In this document: one piece after another, positions 20,240-29,765 of the stretch
Position numbering within the stretch: position 1 is the first letter of the stretch
How the letters are laid out: every line of letters starts with the position of its first letter
Assembly (NCBI GenBank): GCA_963792965.1
Contig: CAWBYW010000016.1
Location: 160,001 to 224,000 of the forward strand
Length of the DNA: 64,000 nucleotides
Direction: 5' to 3'
Source: an uncultured delta proteobacterium
Lineage (GTDB): Bacteria > Desulfobacterota > Zymogenia > Zymogenales > Zymogenaceae
Notes under the pieces: generated by a model
Seen by the model: the letters and a program-made list of their open reading frames with translations, nothing else
Told to the model about the DNA's origin: nothing
Databases searched by the model: none
Made by a program: the position numbers and the translations under genes

Positions 20240-21206
20240 CCTTCCCTCCGTACAGGAAACACTCCACCATCCTGCCGTGCACCTTTAGGTCAAGGGGCCG
20301 TTTTTTCACACAGATGTCCATCCGATAGGGGCACCGCGGATGAAACGGGCACCCCGGCGGCGGATCGGTCAGGTCGGGCGGTGAGCCGGGCATCGTGTAG
20401 AGATGCATCTGGTCCATCTGGATGTTCGGGATCGAGGAAAGGAGTCCCTGGGTGTAGGGGTGCAGCGGTTTCCCGAAAACATCCGTCACCTCTCCCTCCT
20501 CGATGATCCGCCCGGCGTACATGACCGCCACCCGATCCGCGAGCTGGGCCACGATCCCCATATTATGGGTGATGAGAAGGATCGTCAGCTTGTACTTCTC
20601 CTTGAGGGACTTGAGGAGGTCCAGGAAGTGGGCCTCAACGATTACGTCCAATGAGTTGGTCGGCTCATCGGCGATGATCAGCTTCGGGTGGAGAATGAGG
20701 CCGAGTCCTATCATGATCCGCTGCCGCATCCCGCCCGAGAGCTCGTGGGGATATTCGTGCAGGCGCGATGCCGAGATGCCGAGCTGTTCGACCAGCTTCT
20801 CGATCCTTGCCCGCGCCCGCTTTTCCGTGATGTGTCTTTCGTGAGCCCGGATCGTCTCCAGGAAATGCTGATCCAGCCTGATGAGGGGGTTGAGCGAGGT
20901 CATGGGGTCCTGAAAGACCATGGATATCTTCGGTCCCCGGACCTTTCGCATCTCGTGGTCGGATTTCTTGATCAGGTCTTCGCCGTCCAGCATGATGCTG
21001 CCCGACGCGATCTCGCCCGGCGGGCGCATCAGCTTCAGGATCGCGAGCCCGAGGGTGGATTTGCCGCAGCCGCTCTCTCCCACCAGCCCTACGACCTTGC
21101 CCCGCGGCATGGCGAAATCGACGTTGTCGACCGCCTTGACGATGCCGCTTGAGGTCGGGTAGTGGATGGATAGATTCGTGATGGACAGGATCGTATCGTC
21201 GTCCAC
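20226..21206 (-). CDS. Oligopeptide/dipeptide ABC transporter ATP-binding protein (OppD/DppD)
   Basis: Motifs GESGCGKS, YPHELSGGMRQR and GCPFHPRC. Confidence 0.93.
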   Translation of the reverse strand: MDDDTILSITNLSIHYPTSSGIVKAVDNVDFAMPRGKVVGLVGESGCGKSTLGLAILKLMRPPGEIASGSIMLDGEDLIKKSDHEMRKVRGPKISMVFQDPMTSLNPLIRLDQHFLETIRAHERHITEKRARARIEKLVEQLGISASRLHEYPHELSGGMRQRIMIGLGLILHPKLIIADEPTNSLDVIVEAHFLDLLKSLKEKYKLTILLITHNMGIVAQLADRVAVMYAGRIIEEGEVTDVFGKPLHPYTQGLLSSIPNIQMDQMHLYTMPGSPPDLTDPPPGCPFHPRCPYRMDICVKKRPLDLKVHGRMVECFLYGGKDDDE

Positions 21207-22118
21207 TTACTTTTCCTTAAGTCTCGGGTTGAGTATCTCGTTGAGCCCCTCCCCGATCATCGTGAACGAGAGGGCGACCAGCGTGATCATCAGGCCGGGG
21301 AACGTGACGATCCACCACATGCCGGCAGGAACGAAGACTTTGCCCTTGGAGAGGTCGATTCCCCAGTCGGGGATGTCCGGGGGGAGCCCGAGCCCAAGAT
21401 AGGAGAGGCCGGCCTCCGTGAGGATCGCATCGGCGACGTTAAGCGAGAAGATGACGACCACCGAGGCGATGACGTTGGGGAAGATATACTTCGTCATGAT
21501 GGTGTACGCATCGGCCCCGATGGAGCGGGCCGCCTCAACGTAAAGCTCCTGCTTGACTGAGAGGACCTGTCCACGCACGATCCTGAAATAGGTGGGAACG
21601 TAGATGACGGCGATCGCGATCGAGATATTGGTGACGCCGGGGCCGAGCATCGCGGCCATGGCGATGGCCAGTATCAGCCCCGGGAATGAATAGATCGAGT
21701 CCATGATCAGCGAGAGGACCCGGTCAATGGATCGGCCGTAATAGCCGGAGAGAAGCCCGATGGGGATACCGACGACCGCCGAGAATATCGAGGCGGCAAT
21801 CGAGATCAACAGAACTGTGCGCGAGCCGAAAAGGATCCGGGAAAAGACGTCAAACCCCAGGTTGTTGGTTCCCATGATGAAGGTCTCGTTCGGCGGGAGA
21901 GGATTGAGCGGTATAACCTCGAGGTTGCGCTGTTTCAGATAGGGTGTCGCCACATCGGCGACGGGACTATAAGGGGCGATATATGACGCAAAAATCGACG
22001 ACAGCACGATGACGGTGAGGAGCACCGCCCCGAAGACGATGATATACCATTCGGCTTTGTGCTCCCGGGCCATGGAGATGAAAAAACGAACGGGCCGCGA
22101 AAGGAAACCGGAAACCAT
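21207..22118 (-). CDS. Peptide ABC transporter permease (OppC/DppC)
   Basis: Motifs GTNNLGFDVFSR, EAA loop YVEAARSIGA and EAGLSYLGLG. Confidence 0.92.
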   Translation of the reverse strand: MVSGFLSRPVRFFISMAREHKAEWYIIVFGAVLLTVIVLSSIFASYIAPYSPVADVATPYLKQRNLEVIPLNPLPPNETFIMGTNNLGFDVFSRILFGSRTVLLISIAASIFSAVVGIPIGLLSGYYGRSIDRVLSLIMDSIYSFPGLILAIAMAAMLGPGVTNISIAIAVIYVPTYFRIVRGQVLSVKQELYVEAARSIGADAYTIMTKYIFPNVIASVVVIFSLNVADAILTEAGLSYLGLGLPPDIPDWGIDLSKGKVFVPAGMWWIVTFPGLMITLVALSFTMIGEGLNEILNPRLKEK

Positions 22119-22120
22119 CG

Positions 22121-23146
22121 TCAGTACCTCACCCGTGGATCGACGATCGCATACAGGACGTCCACCAGAAGTGATATCCCCATCACCAACAGCGCAATGA
22201 AGATGATCGTCCCCTGAAGCGCCGGAAAGTCCCGGTAGTTGACTGCTTCCACGAGGAAGCTGCCCATCCCCGGCCAGGAGAAGGTCGTCTCGGTCAGGAC
22301 CGCGCCCGACATGAGGTAGGCAAACTCGAGCCCCATCATCGTGAGTATCGGGACAAAGGCGTTCTTAAGGGCATGCACATACACGACCTTCCGCTTTGGT
22401 ATCCCGCGGGCGTTGGCCGCCAGGACATAATCCTGCTTGAGGACGTCCAGCATATTGGCGCGCGTGAGCCGAACGAAGATGCCGCAGAGGATCAGCCCCA
22501 GCGCCATTGAGGGGAGGACGAGGTGCCACAGGGCGCTTGCTACCTGCTCGAAGTTGAGCGTCATGATCCCGTCCAGGACGTAGAGCCCCGTGATTACGTC
22601 GGGGGAGACGCGGGCGCTGATCCTTCCCGCGATGGGGAACCAGTTGAACGCGACGCCGAAGACCATCTGGAACATCAGGCCCAGCCAGAAGACCGGGATG
22701 GAATAACTCGTGATCCCGAAGAGCCTGATCGAATAGTCGGCCGCGCTCTTTCGCTTATGGGCGGCAAATGCGCCCGACGCGACGCCGATCACCACGGCAA
22801 ATAAGAGGGCGAAGATCGAGAGCTCCAGCGTGGCCGGAAAGTATTCAGCGATTTTCTCCGTGACCGGTACCCTATAGTAAAGAGACTGCCCTAAATCGCC
22901 GCGGAGGAAAGCGGATAGATAATCGACGAACTGGTTGTTAGTGGAAAAGTTGATGATCGGCTTATCGAGCCCGAGCTGGTGTCGGACCTCTTCCATCGTT
23001 TTTTTCGGCGCGTGGGCGCCCAGCATCGACTTGACCGGGTCACCGGGCATGACCCGGATGATGAAGAAGACCAGCGTCAACAGGATGAAGATCATCGGGA
23101 TCGTCAGCAAAAGCCGCGTCAGTATATAGGAAAAGAGCGATTTCAT
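22121..23146 (-). CDS. Peptide ABC transporter permease (OppB/DppB)
   Basis: Motifs MPGDP, GDLGQS, PATLEL, HALKNA and ETTFSWPGMG. Confidence 0.92.
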   Translation of the reverse strand: MKSLFSYILTRLLLTIPMIFILLTLVFFIIRVMPGDPVKSMLGAHAPKKTMEEVRHQLGLDKPIINFSTNNQFVDYLSAFLRGDLGQSLYYRVPVTEKIAEYFPATLELSIFALLFAVVIGVASGAFAAHKRKSAADYSIRLFGITSYSIPVFWLGLMFQMVFGVAFNWFPIAGRISARVSPDVITGLYVLDGIMTLNFEQVASALWHLVLPSMALGLILCGIFVRLTRANMLDVLKQDYVLAANARGIPKRKVVYVHALKNAFVPILTMMGLEFAYLMSGAVLTETTFSWPGMGSFLVEAVNYRDFPALQGTIIFIALLVMGISLLVDVLYAIVDPRVRY

Positions 23147-23169
23147 AAATGATGAGCCGTCCCGGTGGT

Positions 23170-23202
23170 AAAAAAGAGGGGGAAGGCGCGTGGCCTTCCC
23201 CC
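23170..23202 (-). terminator. Intrinsic terminator/stabilising hairpin after the SBP gene
   Basis: Minus strand GGGGGAAGG-loop-CCTTCCCCC followed by a T-run. Confidence 0.65.
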
Positions 23203-23221
23203 GGAGATCTCTATGCGCACG

Positions 23222-24796
23222 TCATTTTCGATACACGACGTCGTAGTTGAAAATCATCGTCGCGCCGATGTTGATCCCCTCGATGTTTGGCTGCGTTACG
23301 AGGGTGAGCTTGCCCTGGAAGATCGGGCAGGTCGGGACTTCCTTTGCCCAGTAGTCCTGGGCGTCTTCGTAGATCTTGGTCCGGTCCTTCTTATCCGTGG
23401 TGACCTGGGCCTTCAGGAGAAGCTCGTCCATCTTGGGGTCTTTATAGAAGATCCCCATGCTGTTGGACGCGGTGGAGAGCGCAAAGACCGAGGTGTAGTC
23501 GTCCGGGTCGATGTAGTCCGGGTACCAGCCGAGGAGGAACGCGCTCATATTGCCCTTATCGAAGTTGTCATTATAGGTGCCCCATTCGGCGCTCTTGAGC
23601 TCGACCTTCATGACGCCGGTGGCCTCAAGGCCCTGCTTGAGGAGCAGCGCCACGTCGGCCTCGGTGTCACCGTAGTGGGACGGCGTATACCAGAGCTCGA
23701 ACGTAAAGGGTTTCTTCTCGTCATAGCCGAGTCCCTTGAGGAGCTCCTTGGCCTTTGCGATATTGTACTCGCCGTACTCATCCTTGAAGGAATCCTTGTG
23801 GCTCCACATCCCGATGGGGACCATCGTGTAGAGCGGCTCCACCGTGCCGAGGAAGACCTTGTCAACAACGGACTTCCGGTCCATGGCGGCGGCGACCGCC
23901 TCCCTCAGGATCTTTTCCTTGAACGGATCGCCGTTGCAGACAAAGCAGAGGTAGCGGATCTGGGCACCGGAGGCCTCGATGACCTTCAATTTCGGGTTGT
24001 TCCTGAGGTCCTTGATGTCGGACGGGTTGAGGGCCTTCCAGGCGATGTCGATCTCGCCCTTCTCAACGGCAAGGCGCAGCGTGGTCGCGTCTTTGTAGAA
24101 CTTGATGATGATCTTGTCGTTGAGTGCCGCGTTTCCGTAGTAGTTCGGATTCTTCACGAGCACCAGCTCCACGTCGCGGACGAATTTCTCGACCATATAC
24201 GCGCCGGTGCAGTTAAATGCGGACGGGTCGGCAACGACCTTGTCGGCCGGATATACCGCCGGATCGATCGGCATGTACGGCGGAGTCGCGACGAGTGACG
24301 GGAAGTAGGCGACCGGCTGCTTCAATACGAACTTGATGGTCGTCGGGTCTACGACCTCCACATGGTCGACGAAGTCATTGACGAGCCATGAGGGATCGGA
24401 CTTGGTCTTCATGACCCGGTCGATCTCGTACTTCACGGTCTCGGCGGTGATGGGCGCGCCGCTGGAAAACTTCAGGTCACTTCTGAGCTTGAAGGTCCAT
24501 TCCTTGTTGTCGGCCGAAGCGGTCGGCATATCGGAGGCCAATCCAGGGACGAGGTCCGTGGTCCCAGGGGTATAGACGAGGAGCGTCTGGTAGATATTCT
24601 GGAATATCTCCCACGTGTAAAAGTCATACGCCTGGGCGGGATCGAGCTGAGTAAGCTTTTCCGTCGTGCCGATGATGATTACCCCTCCTGCCGTGGGCGG
24701 CGGGGTCTTCTTCCCGCAGCCGACAATCGAAAAGGCGATCAGTCCCGCGGCTAACACGAGGGTAAAAATCATGAACAGAGATTTTTTCCCTTTCAT
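23222..24796 (-). CDS. Peptide ABC transporter substrate-binding lipoprotein (family 5)
   Basis: Lipobox IVGC; motifs LDPAQAYD, PGLAS, LKFSSGAPITA, GAYMVEKF and GWYPDYIDPD. Confidence 0.92.
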   Translation of the reverse strand: MKGKKSLFMIFTLVLAAGLIAFSIVGCGKKTPPPTAGGVIIIGTTEKLTQLDPAQAYDFYTWEIFQNIYQTLLVYTPGTTDLVPGLASDMPTASADNKEWTFKLRSDLKFSSGAPITAETVKYEIDRVMKTKSDPSWLVNDFVDHVEVVDPTTIKFVLKQPVAYFPSLVATPPYMPIDPAVYPADKVVADPSAFNCTGAYMVEKFVRDVELVLVKNPNYYGNAALNDKIIIKFYKDATTLRLAVEKGEIDIAWKALNPSDIKDLRNNPKLKVIEASGAQIRYLCFVCNGDPFKEKILREAVAAAMDRKSVVDKVFLGTVEPLYTMVPIGMWSHKDSFKDEYGEYNIAKAKELLKGLGYDEKKPFTFELWYTPSHYGDTEADVALLLKQGLEATGVMKVELKSAEWGTYNDNFDKGNMSAFLLGWYPDYIDPDDYTSVFALSTASNSMGIFYKDPKMDELLLKAQVTTDKKDRTKIYEDAQDYWAKEVPTCPIFQGKLTLVTQPNIEGINIGATMIFNYDVVYRK

Positions 24797-24944
24797 AAAT
24801 CCTCCCTTAAAGGTATTCGGTTATCGCAAAAAACATGATTGGTTAAGAAACGGTGATATTTTTGGCGTGTCATTCTCTCTCGTTCAAGAAAAATCGGTTC
24901 TACCCACCCAAACGACGGCTCGGTAGCCGATAGCCACTATGACT

Positions 24945-24973
24945 TATATATCTTTAATAACTGAGTTTGTCAA
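24945..24973 (-). promoter_or_regulatory. Sigma70 promoter of the opp operon
   Basis: TTGACA-N17-TATATA in an AT-rich divergent intergenic region. Confidence 0.55.
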
Positions 24974-25092
24974 TTTTATTGTTGAAATATACCATTCTAT
25001 TCGGAAAAAAACAAATAAATTCAATAACGACCCAAAAAACTTGACAAGGAAAAGACCTTGGCGGTACCCTACTCCTTCACGAGAGGGATACG

Positions 25093-26670
25093 ATGAAGAC
25101 CAAAGCAGAACAGACCTTACCCCGTCACGATATCGATCTATTTCGCTCCATTTTCGCGCCCCGGTCGGTTGTTGTCGTCGGAAAAACCACCCCTCCCAAG
25201 GGTGCCTCCATGTTCCTCAGCGCGCTGACCAACCAGGGATACCGGGGCCGGGTTTACGCCGTCTCCACGGACTCCGGCGGGGGGATGGGATACGAGCATT
25301 TTGCCTCGATCGAAGAGATACCGGACGGAATCGAATATGCGATCCTCTGCGTCCCCGCGCGGGAAGTGCCCGAGGCGGTAGAGCGGCTCGCGCGAAGAGG
25401 CGTCAGGGCGGCCCACGTCTTCTCCTCCGGCTTCGGCGACCTCGAGACGGACGGCGGGAGGCACCTTGAGCAGGAGCTCAAGCGGGTATCGGCCCGGACC
25501 GGCGTGCGCGTCATCGGCCCCAACTGCCTGGGCGTCTTCTCTCCCGAGGTCGGCCTCTCTTTCCCGCCCGGGATCTTCCCGAAGGAGAGGGGGAATATCG
25601 GGTTTATCTCCCAGAGCGGCGGCACCGCCCAGTCGCTGGTCTGGTGCTCGAAACAATACGGATTTCGCATCAACAAGGCGGTGAGCCTCGGCAATTCCGT
25701 CGATCTCTCCGTCGAGGATTTCCTCGACTATATGATCGACGATCCCGAAGTCCAGGTGCTCGCTCTCTACCTCGAGGGGGTCGGCGATACGGTCCGGTTC
25801 ATGGAGTCGGTAAGGCGGGGTCTCGGGAAAAAACCGATCGTCATCCTCAAGGCGGGCCTGTCGGAGGCGGGGGTGTCGGCGGCCGCGTCCCACACCGGCA
25901 TTATGGCCGGGAGCGCCCCCATCTGGGACGCGGCGATCCGCCAGACGGGTGCCCTTCGCGTCCGAACGTTCGAGGAGCTCGTCCAGACCATCTCGGCCTT
26001 CGCGAAGAAAAAAGGAATCGTCGGCCGCCGGATTGCGCTGGTGAACCGCGGCGGAGGCGAGGGCGTGGTGGCGGCCGATATCCTGCCGGAGATAGGGCTC
26101 TCGGTACCTGCCTTTACCCAAGAAACACGGCGCTCGCTTGCCGCGATCATCCCCTCGGCCGGCACCGGTTTTGCGAACCCCGTTGACTTCTCGGCGATCG
26201 GCGGATATCCCGGCGTTTTCGAGAAGATGCTCGACATCGTTGATGCGGACCCCAACACCGACATGATCATCTATCAGCACCACATCGAGTTTGCCCACCT
26301 CTTCCGGGAAGGCTATAACCAGTACCTCCTCGACGCCCTGGTCGCTTTTCGCGAGCGATCGAAAAAGATGCTTTTCGTGGTACCCCCCCTCTACTATTCA
26401 GGGGAGGAGTGGTTGCGCTCCTTCGTCTACCTCAACGAGCGCGGCGTGTCCACCCACCCCTCGATCGACGGCGCGGCGATGGCGGCCCTCCATGTCGCCG
26501 AGTTCGAGGAAAGGCGGTCGGACCGATTAGTCTCTCGCGCCGGCCTCGGACGATTAAGACCCTGGCGTATCCTCCCAAGAAACGGCCGGCTCCGATCGGT
26601 AACGGCGCCCGTGCCGAATGTCCGGCACGCCTTAAAGAGAAGAGAAGAAAGCCGAAGACCGAAATTCTAA
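25093..26670 (+). CDS. Acyl-CoA synthetase (NDP-forming) alpha-type CoA-binding protein
   Basis: Motifs FAPRSVVVVG, IGPNCLG, SQSGG, SLGN, phospho-His SHTG and NPVD; no ATP-grasp domain. Confidence 0.85.
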   Translation: MKTKAEQTLPRHDIDLFRSIFAPRSVVVVGKTTPPKGASMFLSALTNQGYRGRVYAVSTDSGGGMGYEHFASIEEIPDGIEYAILCVPAREVPEAVERLARRGVRAAHVFSSGFGDLETDGGRHLEQELKRVSARTGVRVIGPNCLGVFSPEVGLSFPPGIFPKERGNIGFISQSGGTAQSLVWCSKQYGFRINKAVSLGNSVDLSVEDFLDYMIDDPEVQVLALYLEGVGDTVRFMESVRRGLGKKPIVILKAGLSEAGVSAAASHTGIMAGSAPIWDAAIRQTGALRVRTFEELVQTISAFAKKKGIVGRRIALVNRGGGEGVVAADILPEIGLSVPAFTQETRRSLAAIIPSAGTGFANPVDFSAIGGYPGVFEKMLDIVDADPNTDMIIYQHHIEFAHLFREGYNQYLLDALVAFRERSKKMLFVVPPLYYSGEEWLRSFVYLNERGVSTHPSIDGAAMAALHVAEFEERRSDRLVSRAGLGRLRPWRILPRNGRLRSVTAPVPNVRHALKRREESRRPKF

Positions 26671-26702
26671 CAAGAAAAAGCTTGACAGGGGGTGACTTTC
26701 CC

Positions 26703-26744
26703 CGCTAATATAGTTAACCGAACGATCGGTTAGCTATATTAGCG
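26703..26744. promoter_or_regulatory. TetR operator 1 overlapping the tetR promoter
   Basis: 19-bp inverted arms CGCTAATATAGTTAACCGA / TCGGTTAGCTATATTAGCG with one mismatch; TTGACA at 26682. Confidence 0.7.
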
Positions 26745-26752
26745 AGGGAAAC

Positions 26753-27373
26753 GTGAGGACGGGAGGAGAAAAGACAAAGAAGCGGATACTGGAAGTCGCC
26801 GAAGAGCTCTTCTCGGAAAAGGGTTTTGACGCAACCAGCGTCGGCATGATAGCCGACACCGTCGGCATCAACAAGGGCCTCATCTACTACCATTTCAAGG
26901 ATAAGAACGACATCATCGTCTCGCTGTTGATGAGTATCATCGAGGAGCTCAGGCAACACGTCCGGCCCGATTCACCCGCCCGCGACGGGGAAAGCGGTGT
27001 TACGGCCGTAAGAGAGAAAATCAAGGAGGAAATCACCTTCCTTGAAAGTCGAAGAAACATCCTGTCGATCATGCTGATGGAGGCCTTCAAGGAAAGCGAT
27101 AAGAACGACTTTCTCTTCCAATGCGCCGAGATCATCAGCGCCCAGGAAGCGCAAGGCGCCGTGGATGCAGCGCACGCGGACGATCCCCCGGCCGCTCAAT
27201 CCCAGGGAGACCTTGTGCACGAGTTCTTTACGGGCTTTATCCCCATGGTCGTCTTCATCGCCATGAAGGACAAATGGTCCCGCTATTATCGATGTGACCC
27301 CGATGCGCTCCTCGATCTCTTCGTGGATTCATTTGAGGCGACCCACCTCGCATCGCATATAAAGAAAGAATAG
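26753..27373 (+). CDS. TetR/AcrR family transcriptional regulator
   Basis: TKKRILEVAEELFSEKGFDATSVGMIADTVGINKGLIYYHFKDK. Confidence 0.93.
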   Translation: MRTGGEKTKKRILEVAEELFSEKGFDATSVGMIADTVGINKGLIYYHFKDKNDIIVSLLMSIIEELRQHVRPDSPARDGESGVTAVREKIKEEITFLESRRNILSIMLMEAFKESDKNDFLFQCAEIISAQEAQGAVDAAHADDPPAAQSQGDLVHEFFTGFIPMVVFIAMKDKWSRYYRCDPDALLDLFVDSFEATHLASHIKKE

Positions 27374-27414
27374 TCCGTTAAACGTGTGGCAACGGGAAAT
27401 ATGCCGTCACTGTT

Positions 27415-27452
27415 CTAACATAACTGACCGAACGTTAGGTTAATATATAGCG
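27415..27452. promoter_or_regulatory. TetR operator 2 (degenerate copy)
   Basis: CTAACATAACTGACCGAACGTTAGGTTAATATATAGCG aligns with operator 1. Confidence 0.6.
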
Positions 27453-27501
27453 GGTAATGAAGCATGTTTCTGTAATTCTATTCAAAAAAGAGGAGATAAG
27501 C

Positions 27502-28491
27502 ATGAAACAACTGCATCTCGTCATCGGGGGGGCCGGCCATCTCGGCAACAACCTGACCCGCTCGCTCATTCAGAGAGGGGAGCGGGTACGGGCCGGCGTA
27601 AGAAACGTCGACTACAGAGAGCCATTTGAGGGGCTGGACTGCGAGATCGTCTACGCGGATATCATGAAGAAAGACACCCTCCTGAGAGCGATGGACGGTG
27701 TGGATATCCTGTACATTGCCGCGGCAGTGTACAAGTCGTGGGCGATTGATATTCAAAAGGAGATCATAGACGTCAACGTGGAGGGAACGAGAAACATCAT
27801 GGAGGCGGCCGCAGCAAAGAAGGTAAAGAAAATCGCCTACGTGAGCACGACCTTTGCCCTGGATAAGAATAAGACACCTATGGATGAGACCGGATGGAGC
27901 GATGACCGCACCGATCCCTACGTCTATTCCAAGACGGAGGCCGAACGGTTGGCAACGGTTCTGGCAAAGGAGCACAATCAGTGGATGGTATCCATCGTGC
28001 CCTCGGGGATGATCGGCCCCAACTGCTGGGGTCACCTGACTCCGACCATGGAGCTGCTCTCCGAAATCCTGAAAAACCGGATACCTTTCGATCCGGGCTT
28101 CAGTTTCAATTTCGTGGATATACGCGACGTCTGCCGTATGATGATCGAGGCCGCCCAAAAAGGAAAAGACGGAAGTAGATACATCGTCGCCCAGGAGAAC
28201 CCGATCGGCTCGGGGGAACTCTTTGCGCTGGCTCACTCGCTCTATTTGTCCGTTAAGGTACCGCCGAAGGCGCCGTACCTTCTCATGTACCTCTCCGCGT
28301 CGGTGATGGAGCTCGCAAGTCGGTTCACGAAGAAAAAACCCCTCATGCAGAGAAACCAGGTGAAGAGCTTCCGTGGAGCCGATTTGAGGTACACGATCTC
28401 AAAGGCACGAGAGGAATTAGGATTTAACCCGCGCCCAACGGTCGAAGTCCTGACGGACGCATTCGAATATCTGAAGCGGGCGGACCGCTGA
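27502..28491 (+). CDS. NAD-dependent epimerase/dehydratase (dihydroflavonol-reductase-like extended SDR)
   Basis: GGAGHLG nucleotide-binding motif, NVEGTRN and YxxxK (YVYSK). Confidence 0.88.
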   Translation: MKQLHLVIGGAGHLGNNLTRSLIQRGERVRAGVRNVDYREPFEGLDCEIVYADIMKKDTLLRAMDGVDILYIAAAVYKSWAIDIQKEIIDVNVEGTRNIMEAAAAKKVKKIAYVSTTFALDKNKTPMDETGWSDDRTDPYVYSKTEAERLATVLAKEHNQWMVSIVPSGMIGPNCWGHLTPTMELLSEILKNRIPFDPGFSFNFVDIRDVCRMMIEAAQKGKDGSRYIVAQENPIGSGELFALAHSLYLSVKVPPKAPYLLMYLSASVMELASRFTKKKPLMQRNQVKSFRGADLRYTISKAREELGFNPRPTVEVLTDAFEYLKRADR

Positions 28492-28555
28492 CGCTGTCCA
28501 CGGATCGAAGTACCACCCGCGCGGTTTATCGCGCGATTTCTAAAGGAGAAAGCCA

Positions 28556-29701
28556 ATGTCGACTGGGAATACGGGAATACAAAAGAGAGGAACGTTTTGG
28601 GCGCTGGCCGCGTTCTATATGCTCATCGCCTTCGAGTTCTTCTATATGGCAAGCCCGTTTGCGATCTATTTCTATTCGGTCTACAAGCCGGCGCTGGACC
28701 TTTTGAACAAGGTCCCGGGTCTTGCGTGGCTCGTCGGATTTTTTTTGCCGCACATCGTGCTCGGCACCTCGTCTGCCCTGATAAACCTGCACAGCGAACT
28801 CGGCGCCGTCCTTGCCGTCGGCGGACTGTTGGCGTTCTCTATCGGGGCCTCGCAGGTCTACTGGCACAAGCTGACGAAAAAGGGCGCGGTGACCGGCGGC
28901 ATCTATAAGGTCGTGCGGCATCCGCAGTATGCCTCACTGATCATCAGCGGAGTTGGGCTCTTGCTCTTGTGGCCCCGATATATCGTGCTGGTCATGTTCG
29001 TGACCATGCTCTTTGCCTACCGGGCGCTGGCGCGGATTGAGGAGCGCGAGTGCGAGACGCGCTACGGGCAGCCCTACCGGGACTACAAGGAGAAGACCGC
29101 TATGTTTCTCCCCTTCAGGATACCACTTATGGACAGGTTATTCAGGCTTCCCGCGTCGAGGCCGGCCCGGTATCTCGCGTTGTCGGCTCTCTATATCGTG
29201 TCGCTGGTGGTGGCCGTCGGCCTGGCCTGGGGGACCGAGCGCCTCGCCGTGGGGAGTCTCTACGCGTTCTATTCGAAAGACGCCGCGTATATCTCGGTTG
29301 CCGCCATCGAGCCGCGTGCGCTGGAGACTATTGTCAAGACGGCCCTTGCAGACCCCGGCGTTCAGACGAGACTGGGCCGTGCGGGAGACGGCACCGGCGC
29401 GAAGTTCCTTAACTACGTTCTGCCCACCGACTGGTACGTCCCGGAGATCCCGATGTATATCCCCGAGGGCGAGGGGCATTCGTTCCCGTCGGACTACGAC
29501 AAAAATCTCTATAAGATCGTCTTCACAAGGGCCGAGATGAGGGCGGGTCGGGACGCGGAGGGCCGAACGATCATCACGGATACCGCTCGAAGGACGCCGG
29601 TCATGGAGGTATGGGTCGATCTGGCAGGGGCAAGGGTTATCAAAATAGAGGACCCGCCCAAAAGCGTCATGTACGAGAGCATCCCCGTGGCGGTCTATTA
29701 G
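28556..29701 (+). CDS. Isoprenylcysteine carboxyl methyltransferase/PEMT family membrane protein with soluble C-terminal extension
   Basis: Motifs VTGGIYKVVRHPQY and EERECETRYGQPYRDYKEKTAMFLP. Confidence 0.8.
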   Translation: MSTGNTGIQKRGTFWALAAFYMLIAFEFFYMASPFAIYFYSVYKPALDLLNKVPGLAWLVGFFLPHIVLGTSSALINLHSELGAVLAVGGLLAFSIGASQVYWHKLTKKGAVTGGIYKVVRHPQYASLIISGVGLLLLWPRYIVLVMFVTMLFAYRALARIEERECETRYGQPYRDYKEKTAMFLPFRIPLMDRLFRLPASRPARYLALSALYIVSLVVAVGLAWGTERLAVGSLYAFYSKDAAYISVAAIEPRALETIVKTALADPGVQTRLGRAGDGTGAKFLNYVLPTDWYVPEIPMYIPEGEGHSFPSDYDKNLYKIVFTRAEMRAGRDAEGRTIITDTARRTPVMEVWVDLAGARVIKIEDPPKSVMYESIPVAVY

Positions 29702-29765
29702 AGGCGGCGGCCTTGCGGGCGGTCGGTTGCTCCGGCTGCACTCCAATGGCGGGCTCAAACCACGG

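Noticed and set aside
26530-26670. Arg-rich C-terminal extension of the CoA ligase as a functional domain
   Set aside because: It has low complexity and is probably run-on past a frameshifted TAG near 26528-26530.
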